From the NCBI RefSeq assembly GCF_009914755.1, contig NC_060929.1: DNA of 64,000 nucleotides. One strand, written 5' to 3'. This DNA is from the human T2T-CHM13v2.0 reference genome, Homo sapiens. The translations under genes and the position numbers were made by a program. The notes under the pieces were generated by a model. It was not told the origin of the DNA, did not search any database, and was given only the letters and a program-made list of their open reading frames with translations. Positions 45,702 to 62,952 of this stretch are shown in pieces (position 1 is the stretch's first letter; each line of letters starts with the position of its first letter).

Positions 45702-46328
45702 CTTTATGGTTTCTGACTTCAGTGCCAGGCTTATAAAATCTGTTTCTACTGCGTAATTTTAAAAAGTGATGTATCGTATTTTTGTCTAGCCAGCCATGGT
45801 TGTATTTTTTACATTTAGATCTTCAATCCATGTGGAATATACCCCGGCATAAGAAGTCAGGTAAGAAGCCAGATATTATTACTGCACTGAACCTGTCCCC
45901 CAGGAAAGGCCGCTACAGCATGTGGGTGAGCTCCTGGCATAGGGGGGCGTGTGATAATGACACCCCACAGAGTAAAAGGCTGCACCTGTCACTCAATAGT
46001 TGGCACGGAGTTGGCCAAGCTGGGGTCAAGACAGCTCTGGTCTTGTCTTCCCAGAGTTTCAGGGATTCTCCACTACAATTAAACCTGATGGTGCTCTGTA
46101 AGTACTGGGTCAGTGGCAAATGTTCTAGAAATCTGTTTTCTAACAGATAGTCTACCTTTCACAGAATCTTCATCATCTCCCCAAACCAACAGCAAACCGC
46201 TTGATTCTGGAACCATCTGGAAAATTCTGAGGGTCTTCCATTTTTGGAGAGAAACACCAGAGCAGGTGGTTAACTTTGTGTGTCACTGCTCTTGGTTTGA
46301 ACTTTTGTGTGCTTTCTAGTAATTTTAA

Positions 46329-46448
46329 AATATATATTAATATATTATATGTTATATATTATATTAATATATTTTATATTAATATATTATATGTTATATA
46401 TTATATTAATATATTTTATATTTATATATTTAAATATATATAAATTAT
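46329..46448. repeat. AT-rich tandem repeat, about 42-bp period
   Basis: atattaatatattatatgttatatattatattaatatatttt occurs twice (G at 46351 and 46393). Confidence 0.85.
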
Positions 46449-47800
46449 TTTTCTTTTACATTCCTGTTCAATTTCTATAGAATTTAATGAGTATAATGGG
46501 CTCCATCTAGTGGTCACAAGAACATCTCCAGATTCCAATGGTCAGCACAGAAACTTCAAGATCTTTATTTATAGGACATGACACATTTTATAATTGATAG
46601 ACTCAGGTGGTTAAACTATGCTTTAAGAGAAGACTTCTAATTATTTTTTTCCTTTCATCAGTGGGTCTTACAAATTGGTTCTTAAGGTCCACTGCCCAAA
46701 ACCATGCTTACCATCTTCTCTTCCAAATTGATCCCTCTTTGGGGATTTCCTGTTTCTGCGCAGCTTCCCCTCCCCAAAGGCATGCTGCTTCAGGCTTCTC
46801 TGTCTTCTCCTGTGCCCACCCACCCAGTTTGTGAGTTCTGTCCACCACATGACCCAGTGCCTCTCACAGCTGTTCCCGGCTATCAATTCTCATGGCCATT
46901 CGACAGGGCGTTATCAACCCTCCTCCCCGTGCCTGGCACCGTGCTGGATTTAGGGGATGCTGCAGTGAACCAGGCAAGCTGTCTCCTGCCCTGAGCACCC
47001 CCTCAGGGGCCCCTCTGTTGGAACCAAGTATGATCTAGTCTGTCCTTCATGCTGTTTCCAGAGCCCTCGTCTTAAAGCTAAATTCCACTCAGACACCATC
47101 AACTGTGTCCCATGGAATAAAGCCTCAATCTCTCCAGACCCTGGACTCACCCTCCCCTCCCACTGCCACCTTCCAAGCAAACAAGAGTTCCCACCGGTGC
47201 TCGGAGCTCCCCTCTGCCTCCACTCAGGATGTCAGTCTCTCAGAATGCATCCCCCATCCCAGGTGGCTAACCTGACAACCAGTCTTCAAAACCTTGCCCA
47301 ATTATCATCTTCCCCAGGAAGGACCCTCCTCCAACCCAGATCCTCCTGACCTGAAGTGATCTCTCCTTGTAATTTCTGTAGGACTGGTGTTTCCTCAGGG
47401 CTCATCCTATTCTCCGCATCTGTTATGGGTCTTGTACCTCTCCTGCCTTCCTCTAACAACTGGGTCTGCAATTGCCTCTAAGAATCTTAGTCAATAGCTC
47501 CCCCAGGACCAGCACAAAATAGGGTAGGAGAGACGAATGAATGAATGAATGAATGAACAAATACCTATGCATAGTGAAGCGAGGGAATGGCAACCAGCCT
47601 CCAGAGTATTCTCGTGCCCCCCAAAAAATCAGACACACAAATGACCTCCTTTCACTTGGCAGAGTCTGACATACCAAGGTAGCTGCCTTATAGGCCACTC
47701 AATTTTGCCATAAACTCAAGTCGACTGAGATTTAATGCTTATAAATATATACGTGTATCATTTTAAAAAATTCTATAAAAAATAATCCCAAAAAGGGTAA

Positions 47801-48425
<625 letters not shown>

Positions 48426-49304
48426 GTCCCAAGACAGCGTGTGCCCTTCGCTAGGCTCTTTTCCAGCCAACAAAGGCAGTAAGGCAGTAAACAGGCTGAA
48501 TATGAGCAACTTTTACCACTTCTGTTCCGCTCTGTGACATTTTCCATAAACTATCAACGAAATGTATCAGGTTCTGTATAACTTCCACATTGTGCTTTCT
48601 ACGGTCCTAAGTGGAGTTTCACTCCTCTACGCAAACTGCCAAATGTTTTGATGGAGCAGAGGATTTCTGACTTGCATTAAACTCTGGATTATTATTCATT
48701 TCTGGAAAATCACCCGACATTGCAAGTACAGTGCCCATCCTTGGAAACCAAGCACAATGTCTCTGCAATATTCTGCAAGGATCCAAAAAGACACAAAAAG
48801 AAAACGAAAAGGATGATACCATTCTGGAATGTTCCTGACAATGTCCAGGCAGTTTGAGCCTGGTTAGTAACAAGTGCAAACAGCGTGACGGGCAGAAGCC
48901 CAGCTCTGCTCGAGGCCTTCTGGGCACGTGGGTGGCTGATGAGGGTTCACGGCCACACACTTTCCTTTTCTGTTTCTCTCACTCCAGCATCGCCAGCATC
49001 TTCATACCCACGTCCTAGAAGAACGTGCCAGTAAAGTCTGCCAAGCCCTCGCTCTTCCCCTCCTGAAGATTCCCAGTGGCCTCCTACTCTGTGTCTCTTC
49101 TCCCTTCCTCTCTGGCAGCTCCCGACTGATGGCGACGGACCTAACAACAGACAAGCTCTGAGGACGCAGTGCCAGGCCTCGTTCTAAGCTGTCTGCACAT
49201 GTGAACCCATTTGATCCTCAAAACCATCCCATGACACAGCTACTCTCAGAAACCCCACTTCACTTCACAGGTGGAAAACCGAGGCACAAGGAGGATAAGT
49301 GTGA

Positions 49305-49714
<410 letters not shown>

Positions 49715-50227
49715 CCTCCTGGTGTGCTTTAAGTGGAGCCAACCCTTTGGTTACACCTTTGCAAACCACCTGGCGGTGACTGGGCCAGCCGTCACCGGAA
49801 GAGTCTGGTCACCTACTGCTTGTGCCCAGCTATATTCGTTCTCTCTTCTGGGAAAAGATCCTAATTTTTCATGAAGGAACCACCCTCCCCGACACCACAT
49901 GCTTCTGGTATTGCCAACCCTCCCCCACTTTGTCTCCCCTGGTTCCAAGAATGGTCACATGATCCACCAATGACCTGGCCCATCAACGTGTCCCATGCTC
50001 CAAGTCAGTGCAATTTTTCAAGGAGAGGCACCTGCCCCAAGCCAGGCAAACTGGGATCCATTCTGGGACGTAAAAAAAAAAATCATGGTAAAATACATAT
50101 AACATAAACCTGAGCATTTTAAAGCACGAAGTTCCAAGATTAAACACAACAACCATCCCCTCTATCCACTTCCAGGACTTTTCATCTTTCCAAACAGAAA
50201 CGAGGTGCCCCTTAAACAATAACTCCC

Positions 50228-50568
50228 TGGGTTAGTGTCTGGGTGTGGCCATAAAAAGGTACCACAGACTGTGCGGCTTAAAATAGCAGAAATGTGATAA
50301 GGTGCCGTCAGGCTGATTTCCTTCTGAGCTCATGGCTCAGCAAAAGTGTCTTCTCCACGTGTCTTCACATGGCCTGCCCTCTGCATGGGTCTACGTGTCC
50401 AAATCTCCTTTTATTACAGGGACAGCGGTCATGAGGGTCCACCCTAAGGCCTCATGTCACCTACTCTCCAAGGGAACATTGTTATCTCCAAACACAGTCC
50501 CATTCTGAAGCCCTGAGGGTTAGGACTTCAAGATACGAATATGGGAGGACACAGTTCAACCCATAACA
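50228..50568 (-). mobile_element. MLT1B/C-like LTR
   Basis: gtaccacagactgtgcggcttaaaatagcagaaat...gggttaggacttcaagatacgaat...cacagttcaacccataaca. Confidence 0.8.
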
Positions 50569-51285
50569 CTCCCCATGCCCCAATTCTGAGACTTTCGGGA
50601 AAGAACAGTGCTGTATCTGCTGGGGTTGCTGAGCACATGTGATATACACCTAGAGCTATACTGGCGGCCACCTTCCCAAGCATAGGTCACTCCAGCAGAG
50701 GCTGTCTGAAGACAAGCGGAGAAGAGCTGAGAGAGGAGAGCGAGCCCTGAGCCCAGATGGGCCCGAAGCCAGCTGCACCTCAGACCTTTCCATTTCTAGT
50801 TGTCTGCACTAAAAATTTCCTTTTTCGCTTTATTAGTGCAGGGTGATCAGAACACTAATTAATGTTCTGATGCTTGTAACCCAAAGAGTGAGTGAATGCA
50901 AGGGCCACAGTGACCCTTGGCTCCAGGACACGTGGAGTGGGACCACAGGGCAGTTATTTACAAGGCGGAGTCAAGACTCAAGTCCAGGTTCCCAGGCTCC
51001 AAGGTGCCGGCCCTCACCAGTTCCCTGGGATGCCCCCGAGTCACTACTGTTCACAGACGGTGGAGGCCGGACCATAGGGCAGCTCCCAGGGGGAGGCTTC
51101 AGGACCCACCTGGCCAGAGCCTCCCTGCAGGAACCTGTGTTTGCTGCGGTAAAGCCCAGCCTCTCCCCACAGACTGAGGGCTCCCGTCCTTCAGTCAATA
51201 CCCTCAGGCCTGCAGCGTGCCTGGGAGAACAAAGCACGAGGAAGTCAGACAACAGGCTACACAGCAGGCCTTCTTCCCTCCATCA

Positions 51286-51913
<628 letters not shown>

Positions 51914-51914
51914 A

Positions 51915-52650
<736 letters not shown>

Positions 52651-53847
52651 CTATTTTATTGAGGATGGGTGCAAGGCTCACCAGAGCCAGCTCAGGGCCC
52701 CCCGCCAGTCCTCCTGCCAGCGATATCCACTGGCTGGGGCGAGAGAGAAGCCCCTGCCACCACACTCAGCCTCGCAATGGGTGGCACATCCAGAAGAGCC
52801 GCCCCTCCTCTGGCCTTCCTTATCTGCCTGCTGCATGCTAGGATCCAACAAAAGATTCCGCTGACTCCCCGGGCTGCTAGGTGGGGAGCTGCGGCCAGCT
52901 ATAATCAGACAGGGAGCCCCACTGCAGAATGTGGTCTATGTCTCCACACTCCAAAAGCCCGAGGGACACGCTGGAGAGCCTTGGAGCCTTGGAGCCGGGA
53001 AGAATAGGAATGAGTTAGGACTTCTGGTGTTGGAGACAGGGCCTCTGTTCTTTGTAAGACAAGGGGCTCATGGGCCGGCCTGCTGGGGTTTAGTGTTGAT
53101 GAAGGTTCTGGTCTAAGGGGCTCTCGAGGTGACAGGAGAGAAAGTGCAGGCATGGACAGGGGTGTGCTGAGGGGTCTGGCTAGGGTCGTCATGCTGCACC
53201 CCAAGGCCACACTGACCACACCTACCAGGATGGCCTCCATCCCAGCCTGGAGTTCCTGGGACAGCATCAGCACGGTGCTGATGATCAGGGCTCCCCAGGG
53301 AGCCGGGGAGTCTACCAAGCCTTCCTCTCGGTGGGACTAGAGGCTCTGACCAGCCCTTCAGCCCCCCATGGTCTTCCCAAGACCTTCTTGGGGGCCTCTT
53401 TCTAGAGGAGTTCAGGACCCCTGTTCCCTGCTCCCCACTCCTGATGGAAGGCAGGACACAGGTCCATCTGTAGTCACTGGCTTTAACTTATACCTTCTCC
53501 ATAACCTCAGAAAGCCCCCCAGAGCCCGCTTCAAGATGTTATCATTTACTGATAAAGACCCTCAGTGCTAGTAAGGGGCAGACCCAAGATGTGGCTCCAG
53601 TTCTGATTGATCCGGGAGCTCCATGCCAGCTTGTGTCCCCCTTCTCCCACTCTCCAGCCATCATCTGTCTTGGGGACTTTCAAGCCTTCTGTTAGTAACC
53701 CACAGCAAGAAACCCATCTCACACCATCCAAGTCCAATCTACAAATATTAATAGCCAAAACCAAAATTTCACTCGGGCCTTTTTTATTCCAGACTTCTGT
53801 GCCAGCTCACAATTTCATGCTGGTGGTTGCTGGCGGCAACCCACTAA

Positions 53848-54331
<484 letters not shown>

Positions 54332-54630
54332 ACAGTTTCTGACTTCTTGATCTGTGAATGGAGTCATTCCCTTGTCAAATCCTCTTTCTCGTATTAAAAT
54401 CTCAGAGGTCCTATAAAGGCTAGCTCAAGCTCAACCATAAAATTCTTCTCCCACCTGGCCCTCAGAGACGGAATTTTCACACCATGAGATATACCTTTGC
54501 AGAAATCTCGGGGCATCTCCCAACCCTGGGATGTTTTCAGTGAGTTTGGTTTCCGGACACTTGGCTAATGGAAGGAATGAGAGAGAAGACAAGGGACACT
54601 GCGCAGCTCCTGTCTTCTCTGGACCAATAA

Positions 54631-55194
54631 CAAAAGTCACCTTTCCCTGCATGTCGAGAAGTCTGAGACACATCACTCAAAAGCCACCTTTCCCTGCACG
54701 TCGAGAAGTCTGAGACACATCACCCAAAAGCCACCTTTCCCTGCACGTCGAGAAGTCTGAGACACATCACCCAAAAGAGACCTTTCCCTGCACGTCGAGA
54801 AGTCTGAGACACATCACCCAAAAGTCACCTTTCCCTGCACGTCGAGAAGTCTGAGACACATCACCCAAAAGTCACCTTTCCCTGCACGTCGAGAAGTCTG
54901 AGACACATCATCCAAAAGTCACCTTTCCCTGCACGTCGAGAAGTCTGAGACACATCACCCAAAAGCCACCTTTCCCTGCATGTCGAGAAGTCTGAGACAC
55001 ATCACCCAAAAGAGACCTTTCCCTGCACGTCGAGAAGTCTGAGACACATCACCCAAAAGTCACCTTTCCCTGCACGTCGAGAAGTCTGAGACACATCACC
55101 CAAAAGTCACCTTTCCCTGCACGTCGAGAAGTCTGAGACACATCACCCAAAAGTCACCTTTCCCTGCACGTCGGGAAGTCTGAGACACATCACC
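54631..55194. repeat. VNTR, 12 x 47 bp (caaaagtcacctttccctgcacgtcgagaagtctgagacacatcacc)
   Basis: Unit starts at 54631, 54678 ... 55148 with an exact 47-bp period. Confidence 0.98.
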
Positions 55195-55923
55195 ATTTTC
55201 CACTCATCCACTGGTATCAGACACCATTCTAAGGGAGGGTCATTCTAACCCTGAAAACACCAGTGTTAGAGACCACACACTGGGCCATGGCCTGTGCAAA
55301 GCTCCCCTGAGGACACCCAGGAGACCTGTTATGAGCCTGGATTTGAGCCATGTGGATTAGAAGTCAACAATTCCTGGTTTCATTCACAGCCATCCTGGTC
55401 TGCACCAGCAAAACCAAAGAGAGTCTATGATAATTTGAATAATTCAGACCTCATTGCCTGTTTCCTTCCTCTGCCTCCACCGCAAGAAATGAAAACAAGA
55501 AGGCTACGTCCACTATTTATCTACCTTCTGCACGTCTGACATAGAGCTCTGGTTGCAATGTTGGTACAGTGGTGGCAACTGGGGTTCCAGGCTGTCACCT
55601 CCCATCAGTTCACACCCCTTTCTCCATCTTTGAAATGGGCCAGCTGCTACTTCCCTACCATCTAAATCTTCAGGCAGCTAAGTCATCTCCGACAATGTCT
55701 TAGCTCCTCCACCAATACCACCCAGCAAACCGAGTCCGTTTACTTTGCTGGAAACCGACCAGAGAGCCTGCCAGGGTCAATGTGGGAAAGAAAGGCCCCA
55801 GGCCAGTGCACGAAGACGACAGCCTGACACCCCAGTCCACCTTCCGGACCATGCTGTTCTCAGCAATCCCAAGCAAACGGCGGCCGAACGCAGGAGCCAG
55901 AAGGGAGCTCAACCTTCACTTAC

Positions 55924-55990
55924 CTGGGGGGCAGACACATTCGGATGGAGCTTCCCGAGCAGTCCGGATCTTCGCTAGTCCGTCCAACTT
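55924..55990 (-). CDS. COL23A1: COL23A1 coding exon 2 (67 nt), KLDGLAKIRTAREAPSECVCPP(G); includes the furin site KIRTAR
   Basis: Minus strand: long polypyrimidine tract + ...ccggctcAG acceptor (55991-55992), exon AAGTTGGAC...CCCCCCAG, donor GTAAGT (55918-55923). The translation matches my recollection of human collagen XXIII just before the first Gly-X-Y domain. Phase 0 start, phase 1 end. Confidence 0.96.
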
Positions 55991-57210
55991 CTGAGCCGGA
56001 AAAAAAAAAAGAAAAAAAACGAGGAGAGAATGAGTTTCAGAACAGAGAGGGGTAAAAGTGGAAACATCAGCAAAAACAAATGTATCTAAACCATCTACAG
56101 TGCTGGGGCTGTCTGTGAGACCATCTCTCAAAAGATCCTTAAACTCTACAGGGAATTTTAGAATGAGGAAAAACAAACACAAACACTAAACAGTTACTGG
56201 TGAGTCCCTGAAAAGGTGGCAGGTTTCTGCTTTGTTACAGCATTTTCAAATAGAATACCAAGAGTTACGACAGAAACAGCGTCCTGCAAGTCAAAAGCCA
56301 CAGCGACCACCAGCCCTGCAGGGAGGGAGGCTGGGGCTGAGGGAGGCCTGGAGAGGGCAGATCAAAGTTAATGCTCCAGGCGGCTTTCTGCACTCACAAG
56401 GCCACCCCGTCCACACCCGGGAAGTCCCAAAACCCCATGGCTGCAGCCCCTCCTAGCCCACCAGCCTGGGACCTGATGGCCCGGGTTGAATCACCCTGAT
56501 GAAAACATTTTCCTTTGTTGTTTTCTGTTTTCCATTTTCCTTTCCTCTTACCAGTGGGGATCCTTGGCCTAGAAAATTTGGTTCGGTAAAATTTAACAAG
56601 AATCCCTACACATGCCCAGCCCTGTGCCAGATTTGGGTGAGAGGAAAAGAATTACCACAGAACGAGGGTCAAAAGGCACAGCTCCCCTACAATGCAGGGA
56701 CTGCTCTGGCAGGCTCCTGGCCCGATGGAACCCTATGGGCACCCCTGAGGCCAGAACAAACGGTCCCTGCCCCACAGATGAGGAACGCAAGCTTGGAAAA
56801 AAAGAAATTTGTCCCACATCCCAAATCTAGGTTGAGCGGAATGAAGCAATTGGCCCAAATCCCAAAACTAGCCAGAACTTGAGTCCCAATGAAGACACAC
56901 AGTTTTAACCTTTCTCTAGGGGAAAAAAAAATCCCCCTAAAAGCAAAACAAAGAGCACAAATCTGTGCTGACCTAAGTGAACAGTGCAGCGCCACCATGA
57001 GAACCGAGGGCTTCCTGTTCAAACATTAAACAGTATTTTTAGGCACTGCTTTAGAGGAGGAGAGAATTTGCACAGACGACAAGACCTCAGCCAGGCCCTG
57101 TCTGCCTCTGACTGGAACAGCCCAGGACCGGGAGACTTCACCAGGGCACCTCCAGCCACCGGAAAGGCGCTTCACAGTTCCACTCCACCTGCCATTTCAG
57201 CCTCATTTTA

Positions 57211-57820
<610 letters not shown>

Positions 57821-57977
57821 AAGAATGGAGCCGCCTACCTTCCTGGTGAGTGTTACAGCTCTTAAAGATGACACTGACACAAAGAGTGAGCAGCAAGGAG
57901 ATTTATTGTGAAGAGCAAAAGAACAAAGATCCCACAAGGTGAGGGACCCACGCAGGTTGCTGCCGCTGGCTGGTGGT

Positions 57978-58225
57978 GGGGGCGGGGGTGCGGGCTTTTA
58001 TTCCGTTATTTGTCCCCGCCCATGTCCTGCTGATTGGTCCACTTTACAGAGTGCTGATTGGTCCACTTTACAGAATGCTGATTGGTCCATTTTACAAACC
58101 TCTAGCTAGCTACAGAGCGCTGTTTGGTGCATTTTTACAGAGCACTGATTGGTGCATTTTACAAACCTCTAGCTAGCTACAGAGCACTGATTGGTGCATT
58201 TTTACAGAGCACTGATTGGTGCATT
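57978..58225 (-). promoter_or_regulatory. LTR12 U3 promoter: six CCAAT (NF-Y) boxes, GC boxes, TATA-like ggaataaaag
   Basis: Plus-strand ATTGG at about 58033, 58057, 58081, 58148, 58190, 58215; ccccgccc at 58014-58021; gcttttattcc at about 57995-58004. Activity is inferred from the family. Confidence 0.65.
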
Positions 58226-58672
58226 TTACAAACCTCTTGTAAGAAAAGTTCTCCAAGTCCCCACTGCACCCAGGAAGTCCAGCTGGCTTCACCTCTCAAA
58301 AGCAATACCAGGGCAGCCAGAGGGTACTCCAGGGGGTGCCTTTAGGCGCACTCACTCCTCCATCATCACTGCACTCCCCAGCCCTGACTCTGCAAGTCCT
58401 TGACTTGCCCTGTAAATCGGAACCTGGCTAGGCCTCTGGATGCCAGGCTTCCAGCTTCCTGCAGGGACTGGACCTGCCACTCCCTGCTGCTTTGGATGGA
58501 GCTGCCCAGCTGTCCCACAGGACCCTTGTGAGCAGCCTGGGCCAGCCCCCAGCTTCCAAAGGCCCCCCGCAGCCTGTGAGTGAGAGCTGCTCCACCCAGG
58601 CGCAGCAGACACCACCCCTACTAATCCCCACTCCCAGCAGGGCTGCCTGGAGTGGAGTCCATGAGGGGCTGA

Positions 58673-59077
<405 letters not shown>

Positions 59078-61076
59078 AGAACTCACGCTTTTCCCCATTG
59101 TATTCGCAGATATTAAGGCAGATTTCAAAACGTACTTGGAGAAGAAACCCAACATTTTAGTTTAAGCCAGTCAACCTGTGTAAGAAACTCTCATCTGTTT
59201 TTATCAGTGCTAGACAGGACAGAAAGGACTTCCACACTGATTTCATTTTTTAAACAAAAGCATTTCATGCCAAAAACAATTCACTTTTAACAACTGCTGT
59301 CACACTTGGGCTACTGCTATCACATCTGAACCTCTCCCTGAAGGGGGAGAAGGATTTTATCAACACTGATAGGAAACACAGTTACTTTTGAGCTACTCTC
59401 ACCTTAATATAAAAAGCTAGGTACTGTTAATGCTAGCGGCGGGATCACAGGTTACTGGGATTGTGCTGGTCATTTATCCTAACTCCTTTTGTGCTTTTGT
59501 TTTTCTCAATTAGATGGTGAATCTGTAAAGTTTTCTCTCCCGGACCCCACCTCTCCCCCACCTCCAGGCCCCTCACTTTCTGTATCCTGACTACTAAGAA
59601 TACAAAGTGAAATGTTTGAATTAGAAACCCAATCTCACAATCTTTACTTCATGCTCTTTTTTTTTTTAATCCTAAGAAAATATTCCTTTGTGTCCAGGTT
59701 TGTAAAAATGACTTAAAAGCCTCAGCATTTTACATTCAATTATCTGGCAGCACCCCCAGCATCTGCAAACAATATGGTCCTGGTTTTACATATGCAAACA
59801 AGTCCTGACTCTAAAAGTAAATAAAGGATGAGTTTCTGAGAAAAAGACCAGAGACTTTGGGCAAGTTCCCTTCTAGAAGTACTGGGAAGGAGAACTTGAA
59901 GTCTGGGGGAAGGGCGGCAAGAGCTCAGGGAATCAGGGAAATCCTGGTTTTTAGAAAAGCATTCATGACATGGTCAGAGGATACGTTTATTAACGATCTG
60001 TCGGGGCACTAGTCTTGAACACTTCACCAGATGTTTGATCACATCCTTAAGTGGTTTTGTTCTGAGGAAATACAGATTGACATAGAAAAGAAAGATGCAA
60101 TGATTTATTCCTGTAAAACGCTGTAAATAATTAAGACATTTCTATCCTTTGACTAAAAATTCCTACTCTGGAGAATATATCCTAAGGGAATAAATCAGCA
60201 GAAGCAAAACATGATATTTATGCAGAAGTTGCACCGTAAAACAGTGGGAATGGTTTAGTGAAAGATGTGGAATCTCCTTGACGCAACTGTCACATCAGGA
60301 AATAGGATTATGAAGACTGTGTAGCAACAAGGAAAAATGCTTATGCTACAATAAATAAAATGTCTACATTGACGTAGAAACACAGGCATGGGGGAACAGC
60401 AACTAACAAAACAACCCACATGGGTGTTGGAATGATGGTGATTTTCTTCTTTCTGGGCTGTTGTGATATCATCTTCTCAGTGAAAAACAAAAAAGTCTGG
60501 AAGTAGAAGAGACAATGTAAACCCTTGAAATCCCCCCGCTGAGGGCAATTTCGGAGCGACAGACTCTGTCTCCTCAGGGAGGCCCAGCTCCAGGGTCCAT
60601 CCTGTGAGTACACGCACACCACAAACACCAGAGGAAGGGCTTGTCGAGAACCAAATGCTGACCACAGGCACAGCTTCTCTGCTCCCCTTCTACCTGCTTA
60701 CGAAGAGACAGTTCAAGCCTTCTCACCACCACCAGCAACCCGAGGAGACTCCTTTTCCTGACCCCTTTAAACGTTCTCTTTTGATACCCCACCACGATGA
60801 TGATGATAACAAATACAACTGAAGTATTATTATCAAGACTGGATTACATATTATGGGCCAGACACTGCGCCAATTGCTATTATCTTATCTATTCCTCCTG
60901 ATAACCCCCACGCGGCTGGGATTCTTATTACACCCATTTACAGATGGGAAAATTGAGACAGAAAGAGAAGTGTCAGGGCTGGACTTAAATCCTGGTAGCA
61001 ACTGACATGGATCATAGATGACAACCTCTGCTCTCAAGTAATGTTCCTATCTACAAACATTCTTTAAAGCTATCAG

Positions 61077-61400
61077 GGCCGGGCGCGGTGGCTCACACCT
61101 GTAATCCCAGCACTTTGGGAGGCCGAGGCAGGCAGATCACCTGAGGTCAGGAGTTCGTGACTAGCCTGGCCAAAATGGTGAAACCCCATCTCTACTAAAA
61201 AAAATACAAAAAAAAAAAAAAAAATTAGCCGGGCGTAGTGGCACACATCTGTAGTCCCAGATACTCAAGAGGCTGAGGCAGGAGAATCACTTGAACCCGG
61301 AAGGCAGAGGTTGCAGTGAGTGAGAGCATGTCATTGCACTCCAGCCTGGGCAACAAGAGCAAGACTCCATCCCAAAAAATAAATTAAAAATAACAATAAA
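61077..61400 (+). mobile_element. AluSx/Sq-like
   Basis: Full dimer; flanked by gctatcag. Confidence 0.94.
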
Positions 61401-61736
61401 GTTGCTATCAGAAGCCAAGCCATACATAACTCAGATAGAAACCAGTACAGTGTCTGCAAAAGGGTGGGAGAGTGACAGGAATTAACTACAAGGGCAGCAT
61501 GGAGGAGATTAAGGGTGACAGAACTGTTCTGTGTGGTCCTGGGATGATGGACCCATGATTATGCATTTGTCAAAAACCACAGCACTGTCCATCCCAAAGA
61601 GTGACCTGTAATGAATACCAATTACAAACCAAAAGTCAGGATGCTGGAGAAACCCAGGCTAGAATAACAAATCTAACTATACTAAAGTTGTATGGCATAA
61701 CCTCACTGAAGGTTGGGGAAAAGTGTAGCTCACCTA

Positions 61737-62192
<456 letters not shown>

Positions 62193-62706
62193 TTATATAC
62201 ACATTAGGGTTGAACAGATAAGTAAACAAATTATGAGTAATGAGAGCCAGGTTTCTCACTGTCCAAGAAAGAAGTTACAAATAAGCAAAGGAGGAAAGCT
62301 ACAGTGAACCCTGTGGTGCTGAATCAGTATCGAAGACATAACCATGAGGTCATGTTCATGTTCTGTACACAGATAGATACATACAGAAATCATCACAGAT
62401 ATGTGCATATAGAGGAGTCAATATACATGTTTCTACACCTCCCTCTGTCTGCAGAGAAGTTCTACAAACAGTCATACCCTAGTAGTAACAAGCACACACA
62501 GTACCCAGATCTTGGTCTCTAATATCATTCTCCAATAAAAGGAACCAGGGCTTCTTGGAGAGATGAGAAATGAGAAATTCTAGGGCCAAGGCAGAAAAAA
62601 CACAAGATGAGCCTGGAGTCTTACAGTGCCCGAAAGTAAGGAAGTGCTTTACAAAGGGGTTGGGGTCAGGGGCACTCGTCAAAGAAACATAAGAACCAAC
62701 CTGAAA

Positions 62707-62952
62707 GGCTGGGTGTGGTGGTTCACGCCTGTAATCCCAGCAATTTGGGACACCAGGACGGGCAGATTACTTGAGGTCAGGAGTTCAACACCAGCCTGGC
62801 TAACATGGTGAAACCCTGTCTCTATTAAAAATACAAAAATTAGCCAGGCATGTTGGATCAGGCCTGTAATCCCAGCTACTTGAGAAGCTGAGGCACAAAC
62901 TGGGAGACGGAGGTTGCAGTGAGCAGAGATTGTGCCACTGCACTCCAGCCTG
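62707..62952 (+). mobile_element. Alu, 3'-truncated and tailless
   Basis: Ends at cactccagcctg; TSD aaccaacctgaaag at 62694-62707 and 62955-62968. Confidence 0.88.

Noticed and set aside
55916-56182. 88-aa ORF extending upstream of exon 2
   Set aside because: Only the last 22-23 codons are exonic; the rest reads through the intron polypyrimidine tract.
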